Assembly: GCA_020137815.1 (NCBI GenBank)
Contig: CM035351.1
Span: forward strand, 8,122,001 to 8,186,000
DNA length: 64,000 nt
Source: Hormiphora californensis
Lineage: Eukaryota; Animalia; Ctenophora
Reading direction: 5' to 3'
The notes below the pieces were generated by a model, which saw only the letters and a list, made by a program, of their open reading frames with translations, made no database searches and was not told the DNA's origin. Positions 1 to 12,523 of the stretch are shown one piece after another (the stretch's first letter is position 1; each line of letters opens with the position of its first letter). Position numbers and translations under genes: made by a program.

Positions 1-1739
1 TACCTACCACCACGGACCAGCAACAAAGGACCAGCCACCTACATCCCCTACCTACATTCTCAAATCAGATAAGATCGTTCATTCTATATTCATTGGTTAC
101 TATTTATTATTGTTGTTATCCGGTTGTGTTCAGCAGGAAGGGTGGCCAGTATTTAGGGCAAGGCGTCCTCTTATTTCGTGGTCCCTTGGCCTCTGTCTCC
201 CTCCCTGGGTTGGCTCCAGCTTCTCTGCCCCCTCCTCTTTGTTGTGTTTGTTCATATTCTTTACTGTGCTGGTAAGCGCAAAGTTGTCCTGTCAGCCTTT
301 CCGTCTTAGGTATCTCGTTTTGGGCTGTTTGGTAGGTGGTCCGACTGGTTGGGGTTCCAGTTCCTGTGTTATATCACACTCACTTTTTAGTCCTTAGAAT
401 TTAGATCTCACCCACTCACCAGGTCTTCTTTTGGAATTTCCTGTTTTATATTTATTCCTTTCTCATCAAGAGTTGAGTTCTTTCCCTTATAACATGGGTG
501 CTTGTGGTGGGGGAGCGGTGTCGGTGGGGACCGGTAGGACGGGACGTATCGGAGTACCGGATTGACAGCACGTGTGTCCATTCGACACTGTGGTGTTTGT
601 CTGTGTATTTCAGGTAGATAATATATATGTATGTACATGTATATATATATATATATATATGTGTATGTGTATGTGTATGTATGTATGTATATGTGTGTGT
701 CTCGGTGCCCGTTGTGATCGGCTGCCGTGTTGTTCGGGCGCCGTCTTCCCACTACAAGCAGCCATGTAATAATCTTTTTCTCAGCTTCTGTTTTCCAATA
801 ACATAGGTATTCATCTAACCCTTTCGCTTTTCTCTGTACACCGTACAAGCGTACGCTCTAGACCTCCGAGCATAGTGGCATCCTCATTTGTCTGTTAGTT
901 GTTAGCAAGTAGCTGAGTTAGGAGAGTAGTAGAGTCCCGAGTAGAACTTCTCTTTCAGGTCCCAGGCGTACAAGTAGCACCGCCCTTTTGACTGACTCTG
1001 GCTGATAGCCTTACAAAGGACCAACTCCATACTGACATGCTACACTCGCAAAGGAAAAACGTTACCTATCCAGACCGAATACTGATTCAATCAGTTGATC
1101 CTGTCAACGGCCCCGGCCCTGCATTCCCTCATGACTAGTTCCTTCCCCTGGTGTTCATCTTTCCAGGGCATCTAGTGATCCCCGCATCGAGTTTACCATC
1201 GTACTCGTCCCCTTCTCACCCACTTCATCCTACCCCTCCTTCGGTTGCTCCAGTTATCCCTTGGTTCCCTTCTCACCCTCCTGTTCTCAGGTTCAACTAT
1301 CCAGCCCACTCATTTCTATTCCCTCCTCCTCAGGTGTAATTTAATCCAGGGCAGAATTCCTCTCTCCCAGTGTGTAATCAACTGCTCTCCCAACTATGGT
1401 TTAGGCTGATTATGTGACATCGGTCCCAATCGTGATAATTCGTTTACTGGGGACATCCATGTCTGATATCAATTAGCTGGAGATTGCCCCACTGTATACC
1501 CTTCATCTATCTCTGTCTCACTCCCTGGGCCTGCCGCCTAATCTTCTTTCCCTGACAGGGTTACCCTGCTCATATGTCTTTTTCAGTATTGCCCCTAACT
1601 ACCTTTTCCGCCTTTTCCTATTATGGTGATTGTATTTTCCAATTACAAATTATATTTTCAACACTACTTTCCTTGACAGGGCTACCCTGCTCGCATGTCA
1701 CTTTTCGGTGATGGTCCTAACGACCATTTCCGCACCCCC

Positions 1740-2388
1740 ATTGTACCACCCACACCTAGTTCATTTTGCAGTTACCCTGCCTATCATTGTACCAGTCACA
1801 CCTAGTTCATTCGGCAGTTACCCTGCCTATCATTGTACCAGTCACACCTAGTTCATTTTGCAGTTATCCTGCCTATCATTGTACCACTCACACCTAGTTC
1901 ATTTTGCAGTTATCCTGCCTATCATTGTACCAGTCACACCTAGTTCATTCTGCAGTTACTCTGCCTATCATTGTACCAGTCACACCTAGTTCATTCTGCA
2001 GTTACCCTGCCTATCATTGTACCTGTCGCACCTTGTTCATTCTCCAGTTACCCTGCCCATCATTGTACCAGTCACACCTAGTTCATTCTGCAGTTACTCT
2101 GCCTATCATTGTACCAGTCACGCCTAGTTCATTCTGCAGTTACCCTGCCTATCATTGTACCAGTCACGCCTAGTTCATTCTGCAGTTACCCTGCCTATCA
2201 TTGTACCAGTCACACCTAGTTCATTCTCCAGTTACCCTGCCCATCATTGTACCAGTCACACCTAGTTCATTCTGCAGTTACTCTGCCTATCATTGTACCA
2301 GTCACACCTAGTTCATTCTGCGCAGTTACCCTGCCTATCATTGTACCACTCACACCTAGTTCATTTTGCAGTCACCCTACCTATCATA
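1740..2388 (+). repeat. 46-bp tandem array, ~14 copies (CATTGTACCAGTCACACCTAGTTCATTCTGCAGTTACCCTGCCTAT)
   Basis: Visible 46-bp periodicity; same unit as 19975-25735. Confidence 0.95.
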
Positions 2389-2477
2389 TCTCCCTCTTCC
2401 TCTTCCTCTCCCTTTCTCGCTATTGTCAATACGATGATAGGAGCCAGCCGAGATGTTATCTTTATATGCAATGTGTA

Positions 2478-2612
2478 TACAAATAAAAACAAGGAAGTTT
2501 GGTTCGGCGGTTTGCACGTGTTTCAATACAAAATTGTATTTCATCAGAATATACAATTTTGTATTGAAACGTGTGTGGACTGTTGAGCTGAGCTTCCTTG
2601 TTTTTATTTGTA
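2478..2612. repeat. ~135-bp palindrome inside a 183-bp insert bounded by a 15-bp direct repeat
   Basis: TACAAATAAAAACAAGGAAG (2478-2497) is the reverse complement of 2593-2612, with an inner stem TTTCAATACAAAATTGTAT / ATACAATTTTGTATTGAAA. TATGCAATGTGTATA occurs at 2465-2479 and 2663-2677. Confidence 0.85.
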
Positions 2613-3042
2613 AACAGCTCCTCCTGGTGAGTAGAGCACTATCCGAGGCAAGGACAATCAGCTATGCAATGTGTATATTGATTTTATCCTTCAATCCCCA
2701 ACCTAGCCCCTACCTACCCCTTCCCTTCTTCCTAGCCCCAACCCGGTGTCTGACACCATCCCCTCTACTCAATCCAAGACGACAGACGCATTGGCAAGAC
2801 GGCACTCCAGTGGGCCCCAACGGCACTCCATCTGGGCCCAAATGACATTACCCATGACAAGCAGTGGGCTCCCCCTTACACTTTGGCACATATTCGGATT
2901 CCTGATTGAATACTACCGAAGTGTCTGTAAGGTGTGGCGGTCCGGGTGATGTTGACCATGCCGGGAGCATGTGTCTCGGTTGTCAGGTGCAATTCACCTG
3001 ATTTCCGTTTTGGCAAACCTCAGCTTAGTATCCAAAAAAAAA

Positions 3043-3050
<8 letters not shown>

Positions 3051-3107
<57 letters not shown>
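3051..3107. repeat. (GA)n microsatellite, 3' flank/target of the retroelement copy
   Basis: Pure AG dinucleotide run directly after the poly(A). Confidence 0.95.
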
Positions 3108-3112
<5 letters not shown>

Positions 3113-4076
3113 GAGCTGCGGGAGTGAAAGCCGAAGGATTGGGAAACAACGAGCATAAGTGAGAGATTGATCTAAGGTATACACAAAATAAGGGAGAGTG
3201 TTAGCTGTTAGAGAGGGATTGAGGAGGGAAGCAAGATTATACAAGGCCCTTTGGATTGACGAAGGACTTGGATGGGTTTCAAATTTCCGATTGATCCCCG
3301 CCGCATGGTATGCATGAAACTAGTGGTCCAGCTGGCGCGATCTATCGTTTCTATCGAGTCAACCTTGCGGAATGGTTCATTTTGAAAATCAAATAATTTG
3401 TAAAACAACAAAATCGGCGAGCCAAAATTTTCAGCTAGCTGTAATACTGATATTTGATATACATACCTTTTTGTTGAGTAACCTCTTACTCAACAAACAA
3501 TAGAGATAGCAGCTGAGCCCCGAAAATTTTTCGTCAATATATTTGAATTTTGGAGCTGCTCTTGCGTGAGCTCAGTGAGAACAGGTACATTATAATCGAT
3601 AAAAAATAAGAAGTAAATTACCGTGCTTCACAGGTGTGATATGGGCTGTTATAAAGGCTTTAGTAAAGCTATATATTAATGAGATACAAACAATGACTTC
3701 GAAGATAGATATAAAAGCAACTCCAACCCCTTTGTGTTGGAAATTCTTTCTTTGTTCTGTTTCTTCCTGGTAGTGGCACACATCAAAATATTAGGAGCTG
3801 CTCTTCGTAGCTTGTAGTATAGCAGTAGGCCAACAAGCAACACACACAGCGTGCACGTGCCCGGGGGCAACGTAGACCGTGTGTGGTGTTTACCACCTAT
3901 CACAGCTTCCATGTGAGTCTCATACCAAATAGACAATCAGATATAGGAGGGGTAGTAACTTGAAGTGAGAATATTTATATTAGAAGGTTAATTGAAACAG
4001 TACAGATTAATAGATGCATGCTATAATTACAACTATCATTTTTTCCCTGCCCAGGTAAAGGAGAGGTCAGAGGGTC

Positions 4077-4360
4077 AGGGTCAGCACACACCAAAGTTAA
4101 AATTAAAATTAAAATTTTGATTTTAAACCCGCACACACCAGCGGCCGTTAAAATTTCTCTCCCCGGCCCATTCTAAAAGTAACAATCTCGCGCACGATTT
4201 TGACGGTCGCGTTGGATGACAAAATTTTAACACGCTGTCAAAATCGTGCGCGAGATTGTTACTTTTAGAATGGGGAAGAGAAATTTTAACGGCCGCTGAT
4301 GTGTGCGGGTTTAAAATCAAAAATTTAATTTTAATTTTAACTTTGGTGTGTGCTGACCCT
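4077..4360. mobile_element. Palindromic MITE/foldback element (~284 bp)
   Basis: AGGGTCAGCACACACCAAAGTTAAAATT... is mirrored by ...AATTTTAACTTTGGTGTGTGCTGACCCT. Arms of ~130 bp are nearly perfect. No clear target-site duplication (TSD). Confidence 0.8.
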
Positions 4361-4957
4361 TACATGTCGGCATAACGGCCTGCTAGCAGACAATCATTTA
4401 TCAAATCATCGCGATCGTCTCAGATAGCGGAGATATTCTGTATACCGTTTTTGTATACCGTTTCTCAACTTTAGTGCCACTGTTCTTTTTTTGTAAGTTG
4501 GTAAGAAAATACTAGGTTTTTATAGATCAGTTGCATCATATATAAATACCTCTATAAATACCTCTAATCTCGCAGCAATTGGTGCAAAAAAGATCGCTAC
4601 TTTGCGGGCACGCAATACGTTCCCTTTTTATAAAACTAACAAAGGGATAAGTTGACAAAGTCATGTATCTCTAATATAGAGATAGAGGTGTAGAGGTTCT
4701 CCATTATATTTATAGAGTGCAAACTATATATTCTTCTCTCAACTCACACCTTGCATTTATCATATTGCTCTCTTCCGATCAACTGATTGGGATGGGGCCA
4801 CTGGGCGACCTTCAAGCTGGTCTCTCTTCCGATATCAGCTCCCATCTCTCTTTGAACCCCATAATGCATGTATTATATCCACTATTATTACCCCAAACTA
4901 TTCACAAAGTTAAACGAGCTCTACAACAGATCGAGGTCATGTTGCCTTCTTCAACTT

Positions 4958-5100
<143 letters not shown>

Positions 5101-7005
5101 ATCCGGGTTTGAACGAACAGATGTCCTGGAGACAGGCAGGTACACAAATATTTAGAGTTCTAACCCAATCTAAGTAGTTTAGCTGGATTTCTCCCGACGC
5201 GTGTCATCGCCTAACGTACAGTCTTACTACACGTCGATAAAATTCTCCAAACACAGCACTGTCATGTAGTAGAACTATATAGCGTTCGCTAGTAATTGGG
5301 GTCGAATCATTAAGGAGTAATTATGACATAATTAGGCATCTCGCAATTTGTTCGGATGACGGGTGACCACTAAAGCCTTTTATCGTGCGGAGGAAATATT
5401 AATATCTTCGAAGTTGAATATTACAAGAAAGCACTCTACAATTATGCATTATGTCAGCGGACATATATTTGTTAGGTTGCATGGCTGATCATGGGGAAGT
5501 TGGTTTGAAATTGCAGTGTGAGAATTCTTAAGGAGCGATGCACAGCAAGCTGCATATGATATATTATTCTCTCCCATTCACACACTGAGACGTGAATCGT
5601 TTCTTGGCAACGAGGTACAGTAGCCACAATTTGGAGTGATCAGATAGTCTGTACACTTATATGCAGACCCACAAAACAATTTCGAAATTGCACCTTTAGA
5701 TTCTCTGTAAGGGTTAATAAAGGTACCTTCTTTGGGCCTTCTCTACACTTACTGCAGGGATCAGGGCCTCAACTTGTTATTATAAGTCGCCGAAATTCTG
5801 CAAAATTCAAGGAATTCCAATAATGATAATGAAAATAAACAAAAGATTTGTCATATATCAGTAATTTTGGAGAATCAATGGAGCTAAAAGAAACCAACAT
5901 TAGAAAGGGATATGCACAGCTGATTGCTGCACTGATTGCTTGGATGTTTAAAATAACCAACAAGGTTGCAAGGTATTCCTTACACATGTTCGAAACAAAA
6001 CATGTTAGTATAACAAGAGAAGTAATAGAAATTTTAAGTCGTCTGTCCCAGGCTTCTTTATAGCACAGCAACGAATTCTAAAAGTAAACGACAGGCCCAT
6101 ATTCCAGACATATATTGTAAAGTTTGGCAGAGACAGAAATTAACTAAATGCTACAAGGCTGAAATTCTTACCTCGAGTCTAGTCTCGAGAGATGCTTTGT
6201 GATGCCTCGAGATATAACTACTGTTTCTTCTCCTAATTCTATAAGAATATTATTCCAATTTGTCTCGTTTTTCTACATTATTCCCTCTACTTTCTTCCTC
6301 TTACTAGAAGTCTTATCCTAGGTACAAGTCATGTCCTTAAACACGGTATGTAGCGACACAGACTAAATCCTTACAAATTTGAGTGGCTGAATATTTTAAT
6401 ATTATTCTGAAACACTCTATTTTCTCCATTCCTATCGGGGGAGGGGCTGGTAAGGCCCCGTCTGTATTCTCCGAAAGCTATCGACGAATAGATAAGGGGC
6501 CTTGACCCCCTCCGTAAAAAAGAAAGTTGGCGTACGCAATGGCTAGACTAGGTATTTTTAGCATATCCATCACACGAAGTTTAATGTTTTGTTCATGAAG
6601 ATGATCGTATATAATATGACCGTTTAGTGCGCCACGAAAATTATAACTGTAAATATGATAACTTTTGACAACAATTTGAACCCAATTTGAATTTGAGTTT
6701 CAATATGCATACTGTCAAATGTTAAATTTAAATTTTATATACAAACTTACTCACCAAATTTTAATTTCCCCACTACAAGCACCACTTTGACTTCGTATCG
6801 ATTGAAATTCATCGCCTGCATCCGGTTCTTTTTGACACAAATCAAACGCAGTTATAACTAGAAGTTTACTGTTTTCAAAGGCTAAAAATTCGCATGCATC
6901 AAATACAGCACGATTCATTAAAATCTAATTAACTCTTAACAATCAATCGAAAGATTCTCTACGCAGTTTCAAACTCACTAAAAGTAATTCCAGTATGTCC
7001 AGAGT

Positions 7006-7695
7006 CTACATTTTGTCGTAAGGGACAGTGTTCCTCTTGATGTAACAGGCAGATGCGATGGACACAATATTGAGAAGCAGAGCGAACCCGATAATGGCAG
7101 CTATGAGATCCTGAGCTCCATCCATAAACTCCTTCATGCTCTTCTCGCACCCAACCTTGAACTGATCAGTAGTGGGGCACTCATCCCAGGCGGTATCCTC
7201 CTGTCGACAACACGATTCAGGGGGTGTGTCATAATCCTCGAAGCTATCGAATCCGCAACACTCCAAACTCGTCTGGAAGACATCGATAGCCTGGTTTTCA
7301 GCCTCTGTTGTATCGTTGGAGTAGTAGTTATCCACCCTTGATTCAAACAGATCCATGACCACCTTGGTAGTTTCCTTCTCCCTCACCAGCACGAAGATAA
7401 GGGTGATAACCTCCACGATGAAGAGGATGGCCAGTAGGAATGAGTAAACATTGGAGAGGACGGGACTCTGGGTTATGGAGGCGATACACCCAAACACACC
7501 GATTGCCAGGACTAGGAATCCAATTATCAGAATGATGGAGACCGTAACAACGAACATGGACTCTCCCACGTCATAGGAGGAGGAGTTGACAAAGGTGAGG
7601 ACTGCAACGGCAACAGTGGCGATACCGATAACAACAGTCAGGGTGTTGACTATCAGTAGAAACACTCGCAGGAAGTGTTTTATACCCAGCTCCAT
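7006..7695 (-). CDS. Tetraspanin (229 aa, intronless CDS)
   Basis: Four hydrophobic segments; large extracellular loop with CCG (LECCGFDS), PxSCC (PESCC) and GC; C-terminal YxxM-type sorting motif (YDKM). ATG at 7695 is preceded by acceptor CATCTTTACAG. Confidence 0.92.
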   Translation of the reverse strand: MELGIKHFLRVFLLIVNTLTVVIGIATVAVAVLTFVNSSSYDVGESMFVVTVSIILIIGFLVLAIGVFGCIASITQSPVLSNVYSFLLAILFIVEVITLIFVLVREKETTKVVMDLFESRVDNYYSNDTTEAENQAIDVFQTSLECCGFDSFEDYDTPPESCCRQEDTAWDECPTTDQFKVGCEKSMKEFMDGAQDLIAAIIGFALLLNIVSIASACYIKRNTVPYDKM

Positions 7696-8954
7696 TTCTA
7701 CTAGGAACCTGTAAAGATGAGGTGAGTATGGGGGAGGGGACAACCAAATAATACTGTCAGCAAAAATAGAGAACAGTTATCTCAACGAAGTTTATTTCGT
7801 AGAAGCAAGAGTCAACACAAGATAAAGCTAAATCGAAGCACAACTCGGAACAAATAAACTGCATAGATATTATGGACAGTGGACTTGGTTGTTTGTGTGT
7901 ATAATAGGCGAGCATTTTAAACAAAGAGCTGCGGGGATATGTGCTCGAGGTCGACCTAGGTCCATTGTTTTCCAATTCCACCGGGAGAATGTACACCATA
8001 TATTGCACATGCCTATCAGATAATTTTTCGAGCAATGGTAATCAGTAATTGTAAAGCTTAAAATGACTTTTAGGGCCCGTCGCTCAGAAGTACTCAGATT
8101 TCAGAAGAATGACAATTCACCAAATCCAATCGTGAGCCATTGGGCCCTATTGGCGCCCTACCGACATGTCGCGACACCATACGTAGTACGTACGTATCCT
8201 TGGTTGGTTTTTACTGTATTGCTTGGTATGTTGGTGAAGGCTTTTTTAAAGAGAATCTCCCATGTCCAATAATAGTCTCATCATGTTTGTACTCATATGA
8301 AATTGAATGGTACTAGTTTTAATCATGAAGATGAAGTCTGTGTGTGTATGCAGGCAGTACATGATAACATAATATCTGAAGGTTGAGTGATGAGTGTGAC
8401 TGGAAATCCTGCTGAGCTCAAAGAATATTCCCGTCTACAAACTGCCCATGATGTAAGAAAATACTAAGACAATACTAGCTTTGAATACAGTTTTGACTTT
8501 TGGGTACAGTTTTCCACCGTGTGGAAGCGGCCCGGAAATGTAACTTTGTAAAACTCGTGTTGTATCAAAGAAGTCAAACTGACTGAATATTGACTGTCAA
8601 TATGCAAAGAAGTTCAAGTCACAGTAAGATGAGTCATTACAATTGGTATAATATGCTATCAAAAGATTGTTACCCGCTGCGGGGAGAGGCCAATACACAC
8701 ATACACGCATTGAAATGAACCCTATGCGTCACATGATCATCATTCTCTCTCTCAGATGAGAGAAAACCGAAGGAAACAGACGGTGCAGGGATAGCGAGGT
8801 AAGAGAAACAGATAGGTGAGAGAAATTGTTATTTAACCCAAGGTGGGGCTATTTGTTACACGTATGAACTATTATATTGGAGGTCACTGGTTGGTGGTGA
8901 TGGGGTGCGAATAGAGAGACAGTGATCAAGGGACAAACAGAGAGACAGATGGGG

Positions 8955-9105
<151 letters not shown>

Positions 9106-10029
9106 AAGGAAGACAACAGAGACCATCATGTGGAAGCTCTGGATGGGGCACACCTGTCCAACTGGAGGGAGGAGCTAGTGTAATCCACATTGTGATTGGG
9201 CAGAACAAGCCACGTGTCCACATTGTGAGTAGTCTTGAGAGAGAGAGAGAGAGAGAGGAGGTGGTGGGTTGTGAGAGAGATTATAGAGGAGGTGGGGTGT
9301 GAGGGGGGAGAGAGGAGGTGGGGTGTGAGAGAGAGAGAGAAAGAGAGAGAGTGGTGGGGTGTGAGCTTTTGTTCAAACATCTGCTGGCCTAGGCAAACAC
9401 AGTAACACACGTGTGCTCTAGTTTAGTAAATAGAAACCGCTCAAATTAACTCTTACTTCAATCACAGGCTTTAAAGAAATTGAACGACCTGCAGGGATCA
9501 GTGGTCGTTGGCTATTTACGATCCCGATGATGTAACTTTGAACCAACTGGACTCATGGTCGTCTGGTTTCCTATATCTCTCTCCCAAGGTACTAAAAATA
9601 AAGTAAGAGTGAAATTTAATTTATACAATTTTCCATAATTCGTGGTCTGAATGTGTGCATAATGACCCAGAAGCATACTAAATGTTTGGATATATTTTGC
9701 AATGAAACCTCTTTGTTGCCATAGCAACTAGGTATCAAAACATGCTCTCTTGGGTTGTGTGTGTGGACGATCATATTACTTCTACAGCATGCTACAGTAA
9801 ACTTATCAGTCCCCAATGCTTTTTTTCTTGTTTGTAGAAACCTTTTCCTTCCATCCATTTTATTATTCATCTTGATGTAGAGTCGGAGATGTTTTACAGA
9901 TTGATAATGCTATAGCAGCTGCAGCCTTTCGTATATTATTGCCTACGGCATATAATATACCAGCATTGTGTACATTATCTAATACCTCCGACTTCTCCCA
10001 TGCAAAAACAGCTTTCCTCCTTCCCCCCT

Positions 10030-10032
10030 CTC

Positions 10033-10122
<90 letters not shown>
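10030..10122. repeat. (CT)n microsatellite
   Basis: Direct observation. Confidence 0.95.
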
Positions 10123-10125
<3 letters not shown>

Positions 10126-10670
10126 GCTGATTACTTGCATCTTCTCCCTCTCCTCCTCCTGCACACACACGTCACCAGTACCAACACATCGCCGTGTGTA
10201 CTAACAACTTACTAACTAAAGTACTTGTGTGCCTACTAGAAGTGCTACCCGTTTTTAATCCAAACAGTGAAAAGAACTCTTGTATACAAAGTTATCCACT
10301 GCCTGTCCATTTACCAGACACAACTCTTCCCCTCACAACTTGTTGGAAAAGCTCAATACATGAACATATTGCCTTGTTCAACAAGCTGTAGCTTTTTACT
10401 ACAAACCCATTGACCTCTCTATTTTAACCCAGCAGTTGTGCCATGATGACCTAAATACCGGACTTGGTGAACATTAGGGGCGGTGTGAAGTTAGATATTG
10501 CGACAGCCACCACCTGCATTTCAACATATTTCCATGGTAATATTTGTACATAGCTGGACGCTTATTTACAGAATAGTTCTGTGATCTGATTCATTTTTGC
10601 ATTTTGTAATGTTTTGTCACAGTTTGAGTTATCATACAAACTTTCAAAAATTTTCACGTTTATTTTGCAG

Positions 10671-10857
10671 CCGGTTAAGAAGAAAGGGGCGGTAAAAAGT
10701 GCACCAGCCAGAGCAAAAAGCAGAAGTCCTTCAAAGGGGAAAAGAGCAGAAAGTAAGTTTTCAACTCAACGCCTTTTTATGGCTTTTTTGATGATCAAAT
10801 TGTTCTGATTTTTTAGCTAAAAGCCAATTAAAAACCCAAATAAAGAAGCCAGGATAG
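10671..10857 (+). CDS. Possible last two exons (10671-10752, 10817-10857) of an unidentified Lys/Arg/Ser-rich protein
   Basis: TATTTTGCAG acceptor, A|GTAAGT donor, 64-bp intron ending TTTTTAG. Phases join to give PVKKKGAVKSAPARAKSRSPSKGKRAE-T-KSQLKTQIKKPG*. Upstream exons were not found. Confidence 0.4.
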
Positions 10858-11654
10858 TACTTAAATTTCAGTACTGCTCTGGCTAGGCATGAAATCTGGA
10901 AGATTTTTTGTTAATGTTCCCGCTTCCCTATCAGTGCCTAGCTCGGCCCTCTTTTCGTGATGGCCGATGGGTTTGAACAAAACAAACCAGTATCAATTAT
11001 GTATATGTAATTGATCAAAATTGTTTACATAAATCCAAAAAATTTGAATTAGAATTTCTGGTTCAAAATGTTTGAATAATCATACTCATAGCGCTGACAA
11101 ACGCCCGGGTCCAATTTCTAATAGAAACTAGAGAATAGAGATGTCTAGGTGCCCCTCTCGGCCTCTCGATTACCCCAATCAGTGTACCAACTAAACTCGT
11201 CTTCTTCTACCAGGTCGGAACAGCCACAAACGGAAGAGGTCTGGTAAGAAGTCGGCACCCACCCGACCACCCGTTATAGACCCACTCAGCAAAGTAGCCA
11301 TGGAGAATGCCTACATGATCTGCCATAACGCGGAACAGTTTCTGAGTGTCCGGGGATTTCCATACGGTGGGACATTGTGCAAGGGGGGAGGCAAGAAGAA
11401 GGGAGGGAAAAAGAAAAAGAGGAAATAATGGCAAGGTAGGTTTGTTTTAGACAATTATCGATGAACTATGTGGGTGGTTTTCGGTTTTTTATATATTTTT
11501 CACTATCTGTTACCGTATCAATTGGGAACCGATGAGAAACGTTTAACTTTTGACGCTAGATTGAGATACGTGTCCTATATTATGGAATTTGAATATCTTG
11601 CTTGTTCTCATTTCCTTTTCTAAAAACATATACAACTTGTTTAAAGCAGTTGAC

Positions 11655-11887
11655 TAAAGTAAACCCCAAACTAAAAAGACCCTCACTTAGGTTTTGCGAA
11701 ACTTCCCACGCTCATTGCTTCCCCTGATAAGATAGACTTGAATCAAATTGGGGTAATACCCCGGGTATGGTGCCGCCAGACAGCCTAACTACAAAATTTC
11801 AAGTTTATCTCATCAGGGGTGGGGCAATGATCGTGGGAAATTTCATAAAACTCAAGTGAGGGTATTTTCAGCTTGGGTTTTACTTTA
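11655..11887. mobile_element. Degenerate MITE with ~90-bp imperfect inverted arms and TA ends
   Basis: TAAAGTAAACCCC...CCCTCACTT...TTCCCACG...CCCCTGATAAGATAGACTTGAA is mirrored by TTCAAGTTTATCTCATCAGGGG...CGTGGGAA...AAGTGAGGG...GGGTTTTACTTTA. Confidence 0.65.
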
Positions 11888-12523
11888 TAACTAGAATTAA
11901 ATAGAGAAATGTCTGACGGCGCCGAATCGATATGGGCACCTTTTTGAGAATCAAAACAGGGCTGGTGCAGGAGCTCTCCTGGCCCATTTTTACCTTACTA
12001 TGCCAGCCTCTGATTCTGGCACCGTAGACCTGATCTTAAAACAGGGTCTGCGGAGCCGCCGGACAGTCTCTGACCAATGACCATTTGGAGAACAGAAATG
12101 ACCATAATTACCACAGATCTGTCTGGCAGCGCCAGGTCGGGTCAGCGACGCCAGACTGCACAGACGACAGTGCCACATCAAATTTCCGTTATGACGGGTC
12201 TAATACATTACCACCGGGGGCTCCAGCAGATCTATCATCATGGAATCGGTCAAGTAAAATACACATCGATTACTCGAATGTGTTGAGATCTGCTAGAGCC
12301 AAGATACATAATAAAGGCGGTATTTTCGGCTCAAGTTTAATCACAAACATTTCACAAACATCCCGGCTACAATCATTTATGTTGCGGTCTCTCATTATCA
12401 AGCATGCTATTTCTTCATCTTCAGATTTCTTTAGTCTCATCTACATAATAACATTATGCTAATCATTAATCAATTAAATATAGTACCCCTGAATACTCAT
12501 GTCTAATTATTTGTGTACACCAC

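Larger units (their letters stand above)
1..3051 (+). mobile_element. Non-autonomous, internally deleted copy of the non-LTR retrotransposon at 17899-30953 (5' end lies just outside the window)
   Basis: 1-1740 aligns with 17997-19645. A short 46-bp array follows (1740-2388). It joins directly to the 3' UTR (2388-3033 matches 29686-30932), then poly(A) 3034-3051 and (GA)n. The ORF is entirely missing. Confidence 0.9.
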
